Assembly (NCBI GenBank): GCA_964247055.1
Contig: OZ176053.1
Location: 9,548,001-9,612,000 of the forward strand
Direction: 5' to 3'
Source: Paragordius varius
Lineage: Eukaryota; Animalia; Nematomorpha
DNA: 64,000 bases
Shown piece after piece: positions 1 through 11,650 of this stretch; position 1 is the first letter of the stretch; each line of letters opens with the position of its first letter. A model generated the notes under the pieces. That model was not told the origin of the DNA. It did not search any database and saw nothing but the letters and a program-made list of their open reading frames with translations. A program made the position numbers and the translations under genes.

Positions 1-322
1 ATTTTTCATGAATTTCAATGCATAAACATAACAATTCCATAATGTATTATTAGCAATAAATAATTTTCATCTTTTTAATTTAGCCGGTAGAATACGAATT
101 TAGGTTGTACTTTGATCCCAAACCATAAATATGCAAATAAGTGTTTCTGATAATTTCCATCTAACCAATCATTGTATATAACTTCTAAACTTGCTAAATT
201 ATTTACATATCTTTATATTACAGAATTCCAGAAATAAATACAGTGAGCAGCTTTGACGCTGTAGAGAAACAACGCTTAAAATATATATTCAAAATTTGTT
301 ATCTTCCAAATTATATTATTAC

Positions 323-3300
323 CACCACAACTGATCATCGTTATTTGAGCGCAATATGTTTTAGCATGATTAAGCTTGCAATTCTGAATACTGCTCTCTG
401 TTCCAGAACATTGAATTCCTTTGATAGATTGTAGAAAATGTGAGGTTTTGAAGGAGTCGGACTAACAAATATTATTAATAAATATACAGTTTGTCGAATT
501 TAGGGGTACCTTTACGTTTAAAACTATTTTTCTATATGGAGTCGATAATAGGCCGAGTAATACAATAGGGATAAATAAAAAACAGCATATTTAGCAATTA
601 TAAGTTTTTAGCTAAAACTCAAAAAACAGCTACATTTTCGCCATATAAATATATTCAATAACAAACTAAAAATATATTAATCGGTGTTCTTGTGAAATTT
701 TTAACATGTCAAAATATACCATCTGCACTTTAACGGTGTGCTTTAAAAGTTGGTCTTGAATATTTTATTGGCCCTTAAACATTTTTTTTGTATTTACTAT
801 CAAACTATGTGTATTTATCTATCCTAGCAACTTTTAACCTAACATTTCATTCAATATTAATTTTTTTATCGAGAACAGTATCTTTCATTCAGTCTTGAAA
901 TATTATTTTTATTAATAAGGTTTAAAGGCAGGCTTATTTAAAAATATTTTTTCTGGGTTATTAATTTCTTATTCGTTAACAACAATATTTAATAGCGAAT
1001 TTAGAAAAAATATTAAACAATCTATTCAAATTTGTTTATATAAATCCTGTTGCACCTATTTTTAAATCTTTAGTTTACTACAGCGAATAATCACATTTGC
1101 CTATAATTATTATTTTTTTGGAAAGGATATGCTAATTGGCAATTTTCGAAATTGGATGAAAAATCAATTGATTTTGTACCTTATTGCGGGATGATCATGA
1201 CAGTCTCGAAAAAATCAAAATATATTTTAGCTTTTACCATAAATATAATATATAAAAATATATTTGATATGAAAAATGTAACCATTCATCGATTTTTATT
1301 TGTATTTATTAAATGATATAGACAGTGCAAAAACCATATTAATTGTTCAATTTTTTATTTTTATTTCAAACATATTTTTTGCATTATATATTAACGGTTA
1401 CAACAGTGTGAGTACTTATACATTTCTACTTTTATATTAATATTGCCAGGGAGCTATTCAGCGAAGAGCACTATTATTGGTGAATAAAAAGAAAAAGCGA
1501 AAAAAATAACTTTAGGCCAATAATATATATCTTTGGATATGGTTAAAATAAACGAAAAACTAGCATATATATAATTTATTAAAAAATTTAAGCTGAAATG
1601 CGTACAAATATAAAAAATATATGATCAAAAAAATTACGTAACCTGTCTTCTCCGTGGGGCCATATAACGAATATGTCATCGACATAACGTAGCCACATGG
1701 TAGGAAGAAATTCGGAAGTGTTAAATATCTGTTTTTCTAGGTTTTCCATGATATCTGCTAGGATTGGGGATATGCTTAGTCCCATTGGTGTACCATTGTT
1801 TTGAAGGTAAAACTCGTTATTGAAAACAAAATATGTATTATATAGACATATCCGGATCAATTTAGGTATATCTTGAGACCTGTTTGTGTAAAACTGCTTA
1901 TTATATCCATAATTTATGATTTGGGTATTTTTGTAAAGAGTGATTCTACATCTAGTGTTACTAAGAGGTCGGTGTCTTGAATTTGTAAATTTTTAATTTT
2001 GGAAATAAAATTAGAACTGTTTTTAACGTATGAGTTTGTTTTGTGCGCAAATGGTTTTAGGTGTTTAAGAAGTTGTTTTGAGAGTTTGTCGGATGAAGTG
2101 TTAATGTTGCACACTATGGGACGTAGTGGCGTTCCTTGTTTGTGGATTTTAGGTAGGCCATATATCCTGGGTGGGATTGTAAATTTTGGTGTGGCGGCTG
2201 TTTTTTCTTTAGGTGTTAATGATGATTCTTTGAGGGCTTTTTTAATTAAGTTAGTTATTCTTGTTGTGGGATCTTTTTAACAATAGTATAATCGTCAGTT
2301 TTCAATAAATCGTCTATTTTGTTTACATACTGGGATTTTGACATAATCACAGTAGCATTATACGTCCCATAGTGAGCAACATTAACACTCCATCCGACAA
2401 ACTCTTAAAACAACTTCTTAAACACCTAAAACCATTTGCGCACAAAACAAACTCATACGTTAAAAACAGTTCTAATTTTATTTCCAAAATTAAAAATTTA
2501 CAAATTCAAGACACCGACCTTTTAGTAACACTAGATGTAGAATCACTCTTTACAAAAATACCCAAATCAGAAATTATGGATATAATAAACAGTTTTACAC
2601 AAACAGGTCTCCAGATATACCTAAATTGATCCGGATATGTCTATATAATACATATTTTGTTTTCAATAACGAGTTTTACCTTCAAAACAATGGTACACCA
2701 ATGGGACTAAGCATATAACCAATCCTAGCAGTTAACTGCATGGAAAACCTAGAAAAACAGATATTTAACACTTCCGAATTTCTTCCTACCATGTGGCTAC
2801 GTTATGTCGATGACATATTCGTTATATGGCCCCACGGAGAAGGCAGGTTACGTAATTTTTTTGATCATATAAACAAAATGAATAAAAATATTAATACCAT
2901 GGAATACAATAATACCTCTATAAGTTTTTTAGATACATACTACCAAAACACCCGATGGCCATCTCAATCACACGGTCTATCGCAAACCAACCCACACCAA
3001 CCTCTACTTAAACGCTCACTCACACCACCACCCAGCTCAAAAACATTCAGTTATTAAAACACTCATCCATAGAGCCTATGACATATGTGACTCAGCATTA
3101 ACATACGTTCAAAAATGGCTACCCCAAACAACTTTTTGATAAAATTCTTCACAAAACCTCAAATAAAAAGGAAAATAATTTTGTATCACAGCTATCTTAC
3201 CTTTCATTAATAAGGATACCACCAAAATCGGTAATATCTCAATAAATTTAATATCCGTACAGTGTATAAGCCAATGAAAAAACTGATCAATCTAATCAAA

Positions 3301-4827
3301 TACAAAGATCCGATACCCAAGAATAGACTACCTGGTATATACAATGCCACATGTTTATGTGAAAGCGTCTATACAGGTGAAAGTGGTAGAAGTATAGACG
3401 TTCGTTTACGTGAAAACTCCCAATACATTCGTCTTAATAAACCCACCTCAGGTTTATCTGAACACGTTTGCATGGAAGGAAACTTAATTGCTGACACCAA
3501 AGTAATTAGAAATATAGAAAACTATAACAAGCGTCTCATACGCGAATCAATAGAAATAAAGAAACAGAATGCATCACTTAATAGAGACGATGGCCTAATA
3601 ATGTCCCCTTTTTGGATATATATATTAATAGAATAACAATATCAATCCATTATAATTATAACACATCCATAACAATTATCAATATTTATGTCTTTAATAA
3701 TGTTGTAAAGGTAATTGATTTTTTCCAGTATACAAGAATTTTGATGTTACTGGTTTTTTTCATCAATTATCTATATCACACTATATAAGGCATCTTAATA
3801 CGTTACAATTCATTTCATATTTTTTCGATAAAGACTTTACTATAAAAGTCGAAAATTAAAATATATATTTTTTATATTTGTACGCATTTCAGCTTAATTT
3901 TTTTAATCAATTTCATAAATACAATGCGTAATTCTCTTAATTTTAGTATATATATATATATATACTTATACTGTATGTAGACGAAATCAAATTTAGCGGT
4001 TATAATTCTTGCATAATTAAATTTTTTTACCCAAACGAAGGCAATACCATTTTCAGCCAAAAACAACATTTTTAAAATAGAGATTTTATTTTCAATCAAA
4101 GACTAATAAAAAGTTGCGTTGCTTAAAAAAATGTTGCGTTGAATGAAATATTGCTGCGTTTTCTTGAAAATTTTGCGTTTGATTGAAAAAATGATAGATA
4201 TAGTTGAAAAAGTGTTGAATTCGACTGAAAATGGGTTATTAACGAGAAAAGGCTTTATCTGCATCATTTCAAAGATATATAAAAATTATATTTTGCCGAA
4301 TTAGGAAAATAAAAAGCGTGTTTAACTATATATATATTTTGATTATTAGATCTTTGACCTTTTTTATTCACACGACCGGGCCGCATGCGGGCATCTGAAA
4401 CTTTTGGGTGCCACCGCGAAAATTTGGAATCCATAATTTTGTAAAGTTTACAAAATCTTTTTAAAATATTTTCCATTTTTAAAGAAATTAGATTTATTCA
4501 TAATTATATCCTTGGATTTTTTTTAAATATGTTTATCAAAATAGCAAGAGCGAGAAAAATTGTTGCATTCTTTTTATCTTATGTTTGAAATCTAATAAAT
4601 TATTTTTGAATTCCCATATATATTTCGAATGAGGCCCGCAGAGCCATTTGTGTTGGGCACCCCTGATATAAACCATCTTGTTTTAAGATAATTTGTTTAA
4701 TCTTTATAAAAAAACGAAAAACAGCTGACAGCTAAAAATTAAGTATTTGGGTTTTATCGATACTATTGCAACTGACTCTTAATTATTTTTATAAAAGTTT
4801 AAAATTACATCGTTTAACCCAACATAC

Positions 4828-4891
<64 letters not shown>

Positions 4892-6251
4892 CTTCTAAAA
4901 GAGATAACGGACGAATCTGAGATATTGTAGGATGACCCATTTGCTGGCATAACAAATGCGCTGATGTTATATCTAATCCTAACCAACATACAGGGACAAA
5001 TGATTGAATCTCTCGTGAATATATCAATATTTCTTTTAGGGTGGAATTCGCAACTTCAATAGACTGTACTTTGATAGTAATAAATTATTATATGTTATAT
5101 ATATGTACAATAAAGATATTTCGGCTGATCCAGCGTATATCAATCAACCAACATGTCCCCACCTATGTAACGTGTGTTACAAAGTACTACGCCATATCAC
5201 TTTTTTTCTTTTCAAACTTTAACTTGTCGATGTATGCATGGTATGAAAGACTCAAATTTTTTCATGAAACGTATGATGAGCTTCGGAATCCAAAATATTT
5301 TAGGTAAAACATACAAGATGAATAAATGCCGAAAAACTCCACCATACACCGGACTATCATTTTGGATTTGAAACCTGAAGTAAAAAGCTCACCGGATATA
5401 TGAAAAAATTAAAACAACGGTTTAATCTACAATAGAATTATGGCTCTTGGGTCAAAATTTACACCAACTTTCTTTATAAACCGGAACAATTTAAAATTCT
5501 TAAAAATTTTCGTCATATTTTTAAAATTTGATCAAATAGATTTGAAATAATTTTACAATATATTTTTGAAACCTAAAAAAACAGTTTTTGTCAAAGCTTC
5601 ATTAAGTTTTTTATTATTTTATAGCTAATATAAATATTATAAGATAAAATTTGAAACTCCATTATAATGTTTGGAATACCTCGGTTTTTGGCACTATTTT
5701 ATATAGGCATTTACCCCTATACGGATTTTGAAGGCCTATCATTTACACCCCCTATTTCGCACAGGTACCCACAAATTTTAAAGTTTCACACCTTACGCAT
5801 AAATGCTCTTTAAAACGTAGTCTAATCAATTATTTTATAATCCAAAATATCTCATATGAGAAAAGGAGAATGGTTATATGGTGGCAATCATTTAAATTAA
5901 TGGTTACCAACCGTTTATGTTGACGCCCCACCAGATTTAAAACTCCACACCCTTTCCTTCCAAAAAAACAAAAATAATAATGCAATTATTATAATATTAA
6001 ATCAATGTATTCCCTGTACCTGCAATGAATTAAATAATTTTTCTATATTGGGGGCACTTTATAATTCATCTGAGATCCCGATTACGCTTAAATTTGTTTC
6101 TAGTTTAAATTTTTTAATTTAATTATCCAAATTTTTCCGTTTTAAAAGGCGATGTCCCCCATTCGGGAACCACTGGTTTAAACCGACACGCATCATATAA
6201 ATTTATTTCGGGTACATAAACTTTTAAGTCCTTTCCCTTCAATGAAAAGAC

Positions 6252-6296
<45 letters not shown>

Positions 6297-6855
6297 TATA
6301 TTATTATTTCGTTTAAAGGGTAATATACTCCATTTTTGCGAAAACAATATTCGAAACATATATCTTTTTTGAAGGAAGAATAATCATCAGCCTTTAATAG
6401 AGCTTTTCCGAAAAAAAAAACGTTTGCAAAGATGATCAATTTTTTTAGTATAATGTGAACCTTACTTTTAAGTATTTTTAGTTGATAAGTATTATAATTT
6501 TTAGAGAAATGTTTCATTCAATAAATTTTGGCTACAATATATGTGGGTTACCAATTTTACAAAACTTTCAGCCACATTCTATACTTAAAATGTAAACCCG
6601 GAATCTGGACAATTTGACAGAATGAAAGGAGTCGAAACCATTTTAATTGTAATTATTTTCTGTAACCGTTTTATAAAATATATTTAGAACCGGACCGAAA
6701 CCAAAACAATAATATCGGCTAAATATACTGCAAATTTCATCAGTTCCATCTTCGCAGTCTATCTGACCATCACACCTTGATGAAAGGGGTATGCATTGAG
6801 GTTTGCGTAAACAGATCCACTCGCTTTTACCGCAGGTTAAGGGAATGGTTAAATT
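323..6855 (-). CDS. Partial spliced gene encoding an LDL-receptor class A repeat followed by an SRCR domain (TMPRSS2/enteropeptidase-like stem). Exons 6855-6729, 5068-4893, 461-323; 5' and 3' ends not resolved
   Basis: Exon 6855-6729 reads [42 protein letters not shown] (LDLa Cys and acidic pattern). Exon 5068-4893 reads ...[26 protein letters not shown]... and exon 461-323 reads ...[34 protein letters not shown] (SRCR N- and C-halves). All have GT-AG ends and compatible phases (1 then 0). Confidence 0.8.
1619..2340 (-). mobile_element. Penelope-like element RT fragment, the inverted partner of the + strand copy
   Basis: The minus strand reads [21 protein letters not shown]...[14 protein letters not shown]...NGTPMG...WLRYVDDIF. 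Bases 1619-2125 are the reverse complement of 2361-2870. Confidence 0.9.
2361..3870 (+). mobile_element. 5'-truncated, frameshifted Penelope-like retroelement (RT core, thumb, GIY-YIG endonuclease, 3' UTR)
   Basis: Motifs [32 protein letters not shown] region reads [28 protein letters not shown]...RLIRESIEI...LNRDDG (ORF 3262-3636). Several frameshifts and stops. Confidence 0.92.
3817..3864 (+). ncRNA. Degenerate minimal hammerhead ribozyme motif in the PLE 3' end
   Basis: Stem I ATATTT/AAATAT, stem II GACTTT-loop-AAAGTC, then GAAA and a palindromic AATT. The core reads TCGATAA instead of CTGATGA, so it is probably inactive. Confidence 0.5.
4376..4665. mobile_element. hAT-type MITE remnant
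   Basis: Contains GGGCCGCATGCGG and ends ...GAGCCATTTGTGTTGGGCACCCCTG. The terminus and an internal AAATCTAATAAATTATTT are shared with 43306-43623. Confidence 0.5.
4833..4888. repeat. (TA)n microsatellite beside the splice donor at 4892
   Basis: Uninterrupted TA run seen directly. Confidence 0.98.
6257..6292. repeat. (TA)n microsatellite
   Basis: Seen directly. Confidence 0.98.
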
Positions 6856-8436
6856 CTAAAATAAAAGATTGTGATATATTGTTATATTTAATAGAAAAAT
6901 AAAAATATTTGGCTAAGCAAAAAGTATAAAAAATAATAGATTTCGACTTTCATCAATCCCTTTATCAAATTAGAGCAAAATTGTAAAAAAATTAACGTAT
7001 TTACGTATAAGCGTAATAATTTATCCTTTATAATACGTATTCAAGTGTGATAAATTGTTGTATTTTGTTTTTAATGTTTTAAAGTTAAAAATTAAGTTCG
7101 GTGTCCAGAATGATAACTAAGATCATCCTCCATTTGAGATATAATTATATATAGATCGACTTCCAAATGAGGCTTTTGATAGATGGAAATGTACGAGTTT
7201 TGTTTTTATTGGTGTGGTTTATTCAAAACAGAAGTTTTAAGCCCGACCTTGTTGACTACTGTAAAATTTGTCGAAATTTATTGTATTCAGGGATTGCTAA
7301 AAAAATTATTCAATATGACCACACAATTACAAATAACAGTCGTTTTCATTTCCAACTATTTAAGGTTAAATTAGCAATTATACAATATCTTGAAAACAAG
7401 GAGTGGACTTTCTTTCTAAACAAATCTTAATAGTTTTACCTTGCATATGCAAAAATATTTTTACACATTAATAATATTTTATAATTTATATATATAATAT
7501 TCAAATATTCTTGTTAACACTTGGATCCAACACATTCATTTTAGTCCTTCGATTCAAATTGGGGTAGTTGGATACCCCAGGCATGTCAAAAATTTAATTC
7601 TTTAAAAAATATGGAAGGAATCAAAACCATGGCACAAAAATTTGCACTCATATAACATAAATAAACAGAAATATATAAAAAATTTTATTCAAAATACTTG
7701 ATATTACTTAATTTAAGCTAAAACCCAAAGGTAAAAATTTAGTCAACGTGGCATGTGTGCAATGGTAAAATTGAAAATTACAAAATACACCGCTTTTTCT
7801 ATTTCCAAGGTTAGATGTAATTTAAATAAAAAATAGCTTTAATTTATACCCCTAAAATTAAATGAAGACGATATTTTTCAAAAATTTTTTAAAATAAAAA
7901 TGGCGTCCAAGTAGTTTGACATGAAATTTTTTTTCAAAACAAAATTTTATTAGGATATTTTAGCATATTTATATAAATTTTATTAGGATAGAAGGATAAA
8001 TTTAAATTGGTATTCTTTTCTCCAGTAGTTTCAAAATCATAACTTAAATTTAGTCTGGAGTATTTAGATATAAGAATTTGAATCGAAGTGTAAATAGAAT
8101 AATTTTACCCATATAAATTTAACATGCCTATGGTGAAATTTTTAAAAAACCTATAAGGCCTAATGGAATAACAGGTCTAAAAATTTTGATCCGGCACATT
8201 TTAAATTAGGGAATGAGTAAGACTGTACTCTATGTTAAATACGCCACCATTTAAAATAACGCAGAATGAATCAATTACTTCAAAATTCACAATATATAAA
8301 TTTAATTATGATTTTAGTATTTCCCAAGAATCGGACCGGTTCCTATTCTCGAATATTTTTTTTAACTTATTTAAGAAAAATACTTTTTTTTACCTCTTAC
8401 AATTTTTCGTAAGAAAGCGGTATCTATAGTCTATAT

Positions 8437-10357
8437 CAGTGGTACTCACCAAAAAAACTTGACGGGCCAAATAAAATATATTTTTTATCGAGGGCCATGA
8501 ACCTTATAATGGCAAATGTTCCATAGCTATTTGACACATATGCACAAATTTATATTCTAAATCAGCACAATGGATTTTTTGCGGATCGCATGGAAATCCA
8601 GCTAAAAACTCGTTTTAAACCATTTAATTTTAAAAATTAAAATATTTTGATTATTTTAATATTAATCAATAATTTTTACCAATTTGGTTTTGTCTCATGA
8701 CAGGCCAAATTTAATACGGCGTCCATATAATCATCGGTTAAGCGATTTCTGTATGTATTTTTGACATACTTCATTTTTGAATATACCGCACTAGCGTAAG
8801 TTGAGGTAAAAACAGTTAGAATATCTTGAGCACATTTTTTTATATTTTCATATTTATTTGGTTTATCTTGTGAAAACTCTACATATCTTACGATTCTCCT
8901 TGAGTATAGCCTCCAAATTGAAATCATTTTTAGAATCTACAAATTCTTCAATGATATGCGCCTGATCGAAACCGAAATGGTCTAATTGCATATATCCATA
9001 TGCCATGAATTTTCAACGAGTTTTAAGCAATTATCAATATTTTTTAATTCTTGAAATTTGACTTTCAATTCATTAGATTAAAATGTTAAATTATTGTCTT
9101 TCTCCGCGAATTCCATATTTTCTTCATGAATCGTTTTAAGTGCTGGAAAATATAGGAGAGTTTTATTTATAATCTTGTTTATACATTATTAATTTTTCTT
9201 CAAAAGCAACTATTTGATTAGAAAATTGGGTTTTTTTTGCTCCTTTGAAGACTTGTATTAAAAATACTTAATTCATACGTATTGTCGCAAAGGTAGGCTA
9301 AAACCCATCATTTGTTACTATTAATTTCCTCGTCAAACTTTGTGTTATCTTTTATAACAAAAAATTTATTTAATATTTGCTAAGGCTTAGCCATCTCACA
9401 GCGGTGTACAAAAGTATATCATCAAACTCACTGTGGATATTTTTCAAAAGGTTTTCGAATTTACGGCGGTTGAATTCTCTGCCACGGATGTAATTAACTA
9501 CATCCAAAACGGTTTTAATTACTGAATTGAGTGATTCATCTTTACACGCGAAACCAGGTTTTCCTGATGAATAAAGCAGTGAAAGGATAAAATAGTTTTT
9601 AAACTATATTTGTTTTTCAGGAATAAATCCTTTTATTCCAATCATAGAGGGACAGCCATTTGTGCAGATCGAAACTTTTTCATACGTATTCCATTATTAT
9701 CGAAAAAAGTGCATTATTTCGAGACAATCACTTCCTTTCGTTGTATTATATATTGGTGAAAATTTTAAATATTCCTCGTTGATTATGTTGTCCTTACATA
9801 TAAGGCAGGTAACAATATTTTATTTAAACGACAAAGAATTTTTTTCCCATTCTTTTTAATGGAGCGATTTTCATCTGATAATTCACGTTTAGCATTAGAT
9901 GTCACCCTTTGAAATTATGTTTAAATATTATGTAAATTTCAAAAATAGGAATATAGTTTGAATTATGCTATAAAAAACAGGTCGAAATTTAAGGATATTG
10001 ATTTGAACAATATTTTATTGGAATGAGATAAAAAAAAATGATGCAGGATAACAATGAAAAGAACTATATGGTAGTTTGGGTGAAAGGTTTGCTATAATAC
10101 AAAAAAATATAATACAGAAACAACGTGTGCCAAAATTTTGATGTTCATGTAGGAAAATTTTTTCACATTTCAAATTGGGAAAAATATAAAAATTACCAAA
10201 GTTAAATCTAAATAAATTAATATCAAAATAAGCGAAAATTTGTATATGTGTATTTAAAAATTCATCAAAAAAAATTATTTAGGTGTCAATATGATCATAG
10301 GGCATTTTTACAGCACTCTTAGGGCCGCATGCGGCCCGCGGGCCGCGGTTTGAACTG
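8437..10357 (-). mobile_element. Decayed hAT transposon (Buster/Charlie/SPIN-like) with a perfect 8-bp TSD GTCTATAT
   Basis: GTCTATAT occurs at 8429-8436 and 10358-10365. Termini are CAGTGGTACTCACC and ...GCGGCCCGCGGGCCGCGGTTTGAACTG. Minus-strand transposase relics include VVNYIR...YTAVRWLS (~9380-9520) and the hATC-like FTSTYASAVYSKMKYVKNTYRNRLTD (8676-8927). Confidence 0.9.
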
Positions 10358-11650
10358 GTCTATATACATATATTTATATACCACATATGTAAATTATGAA
10401 ATAATAGGCCATCTTTAAAACTGGGGTTATTGATAAAAAATTGACTTGATCCAGTTCCAATCGAATTTCCCATATAAGCAAAAAAATCAGATTTTCCTCC
10501 GAAAAACTAAATATTTTAAAACCAATTTTCCGAAAATCGCGGATGGTTTTTTATTAAGCCATGGTAAAGGCGGAACAAGCGCATGTGATTATCCCTAGCC
10601 CTGAAATTGTTTTAAACATATTTTAATATCAGATTTCAACTATTATTGGTCGGCAAAAAAATCGAAAAATACTTTATGCAATAAAAAATCACCACAAAAT
10701 GTTTTCCCTATTATAACATAAAAGTTTGTTAAAAGGCGTTTTTTAAACGTGTATTTTTACAGATTTTTTTCATACTGGCACTTAACCTTCATATACAAGA
10801 GTTTATTAAATTCTCTTTATACCATAAACCATCTAAATATAAACCCACAAATAAATTTGTTAAATTTAATCAAGTATCTTATGTGATGATCAACCTAAAA
10901 TTGTATTATATAAATATATGTTACACCTTATTGCCGTTTTTTCATAAGGACCAATTCGATTTGGTGTGAATTGCCAAGGTAAATATTCATTTTCATTTTT
11001 TGGATTTGTATAAGCTATTGAAAAAAGGAAGGGATAGTAATATTGCCCATAAAATTTACAATCAATTAAAACCCTATATTAAAAGCAAAATCAAACCGTG
11101 CTGAACCTCTTACATCTCTATGCCGGCACTGCCCAGAGACAATATATAATTAATTAAACATATTATCTAATTTTAAATCAACCTGGCCATACACGAATAT
11201 CCGATGCAATATGGGAATCCATAAAAATGTGGTTAAAAGTTGCATATTAAAAGGCACATGTATTGTAAAAGATATACTATTTTTTAAATATGTTTAACAG
11301 TAATTTTCTAGCATAAAAAATAAACATAAAACAGGGTATAGTAAACATTACAACAAATTTAATGTTACTAAACAATTTGTAAATTGGAGTAACTTACATT
11401 ACAGAAGTCAAGTTTATTAAAAACCTCGATTTTTATTACTTTGTCACATTAAAATTACAGTATTAACGGAGTGAAATCGAAACATCGACAACTACCGATC
11501 ATAAAAATAATTAATTTTGTGTTAATTATAATTTTTTTAAAATTACTGCGATCATGAACTATAAAATCTATGTGTTCTAAAATATTATACTCAATGTGAC
11601 AAATTACATTGATAAGAAAATATTTATTAAGGGGTTAACAAATGACATAG

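Noticed and set aside
240-275. KAAHC on the minus strand, resembling the protease His motif, right after the SRCR exon
   Set aside because: The preceding IVGG/PWQ/CGG segments are missing and the frame stops soon after, so I cannot support it as a protease exon.
4779-5027. ORFs with long YIYIYI runs (also 6123-6359 and 43415-43649)
   Set aside because: The runs are translated (TA)n microsatellites. Only 4893-5068 is a real exon.
6935-6960. TGATGA-AAGTC-GAAA on the minus strand, hammerhead-like
   Set aside because: No stem II or stem I pairing can form and there is no PLE context.
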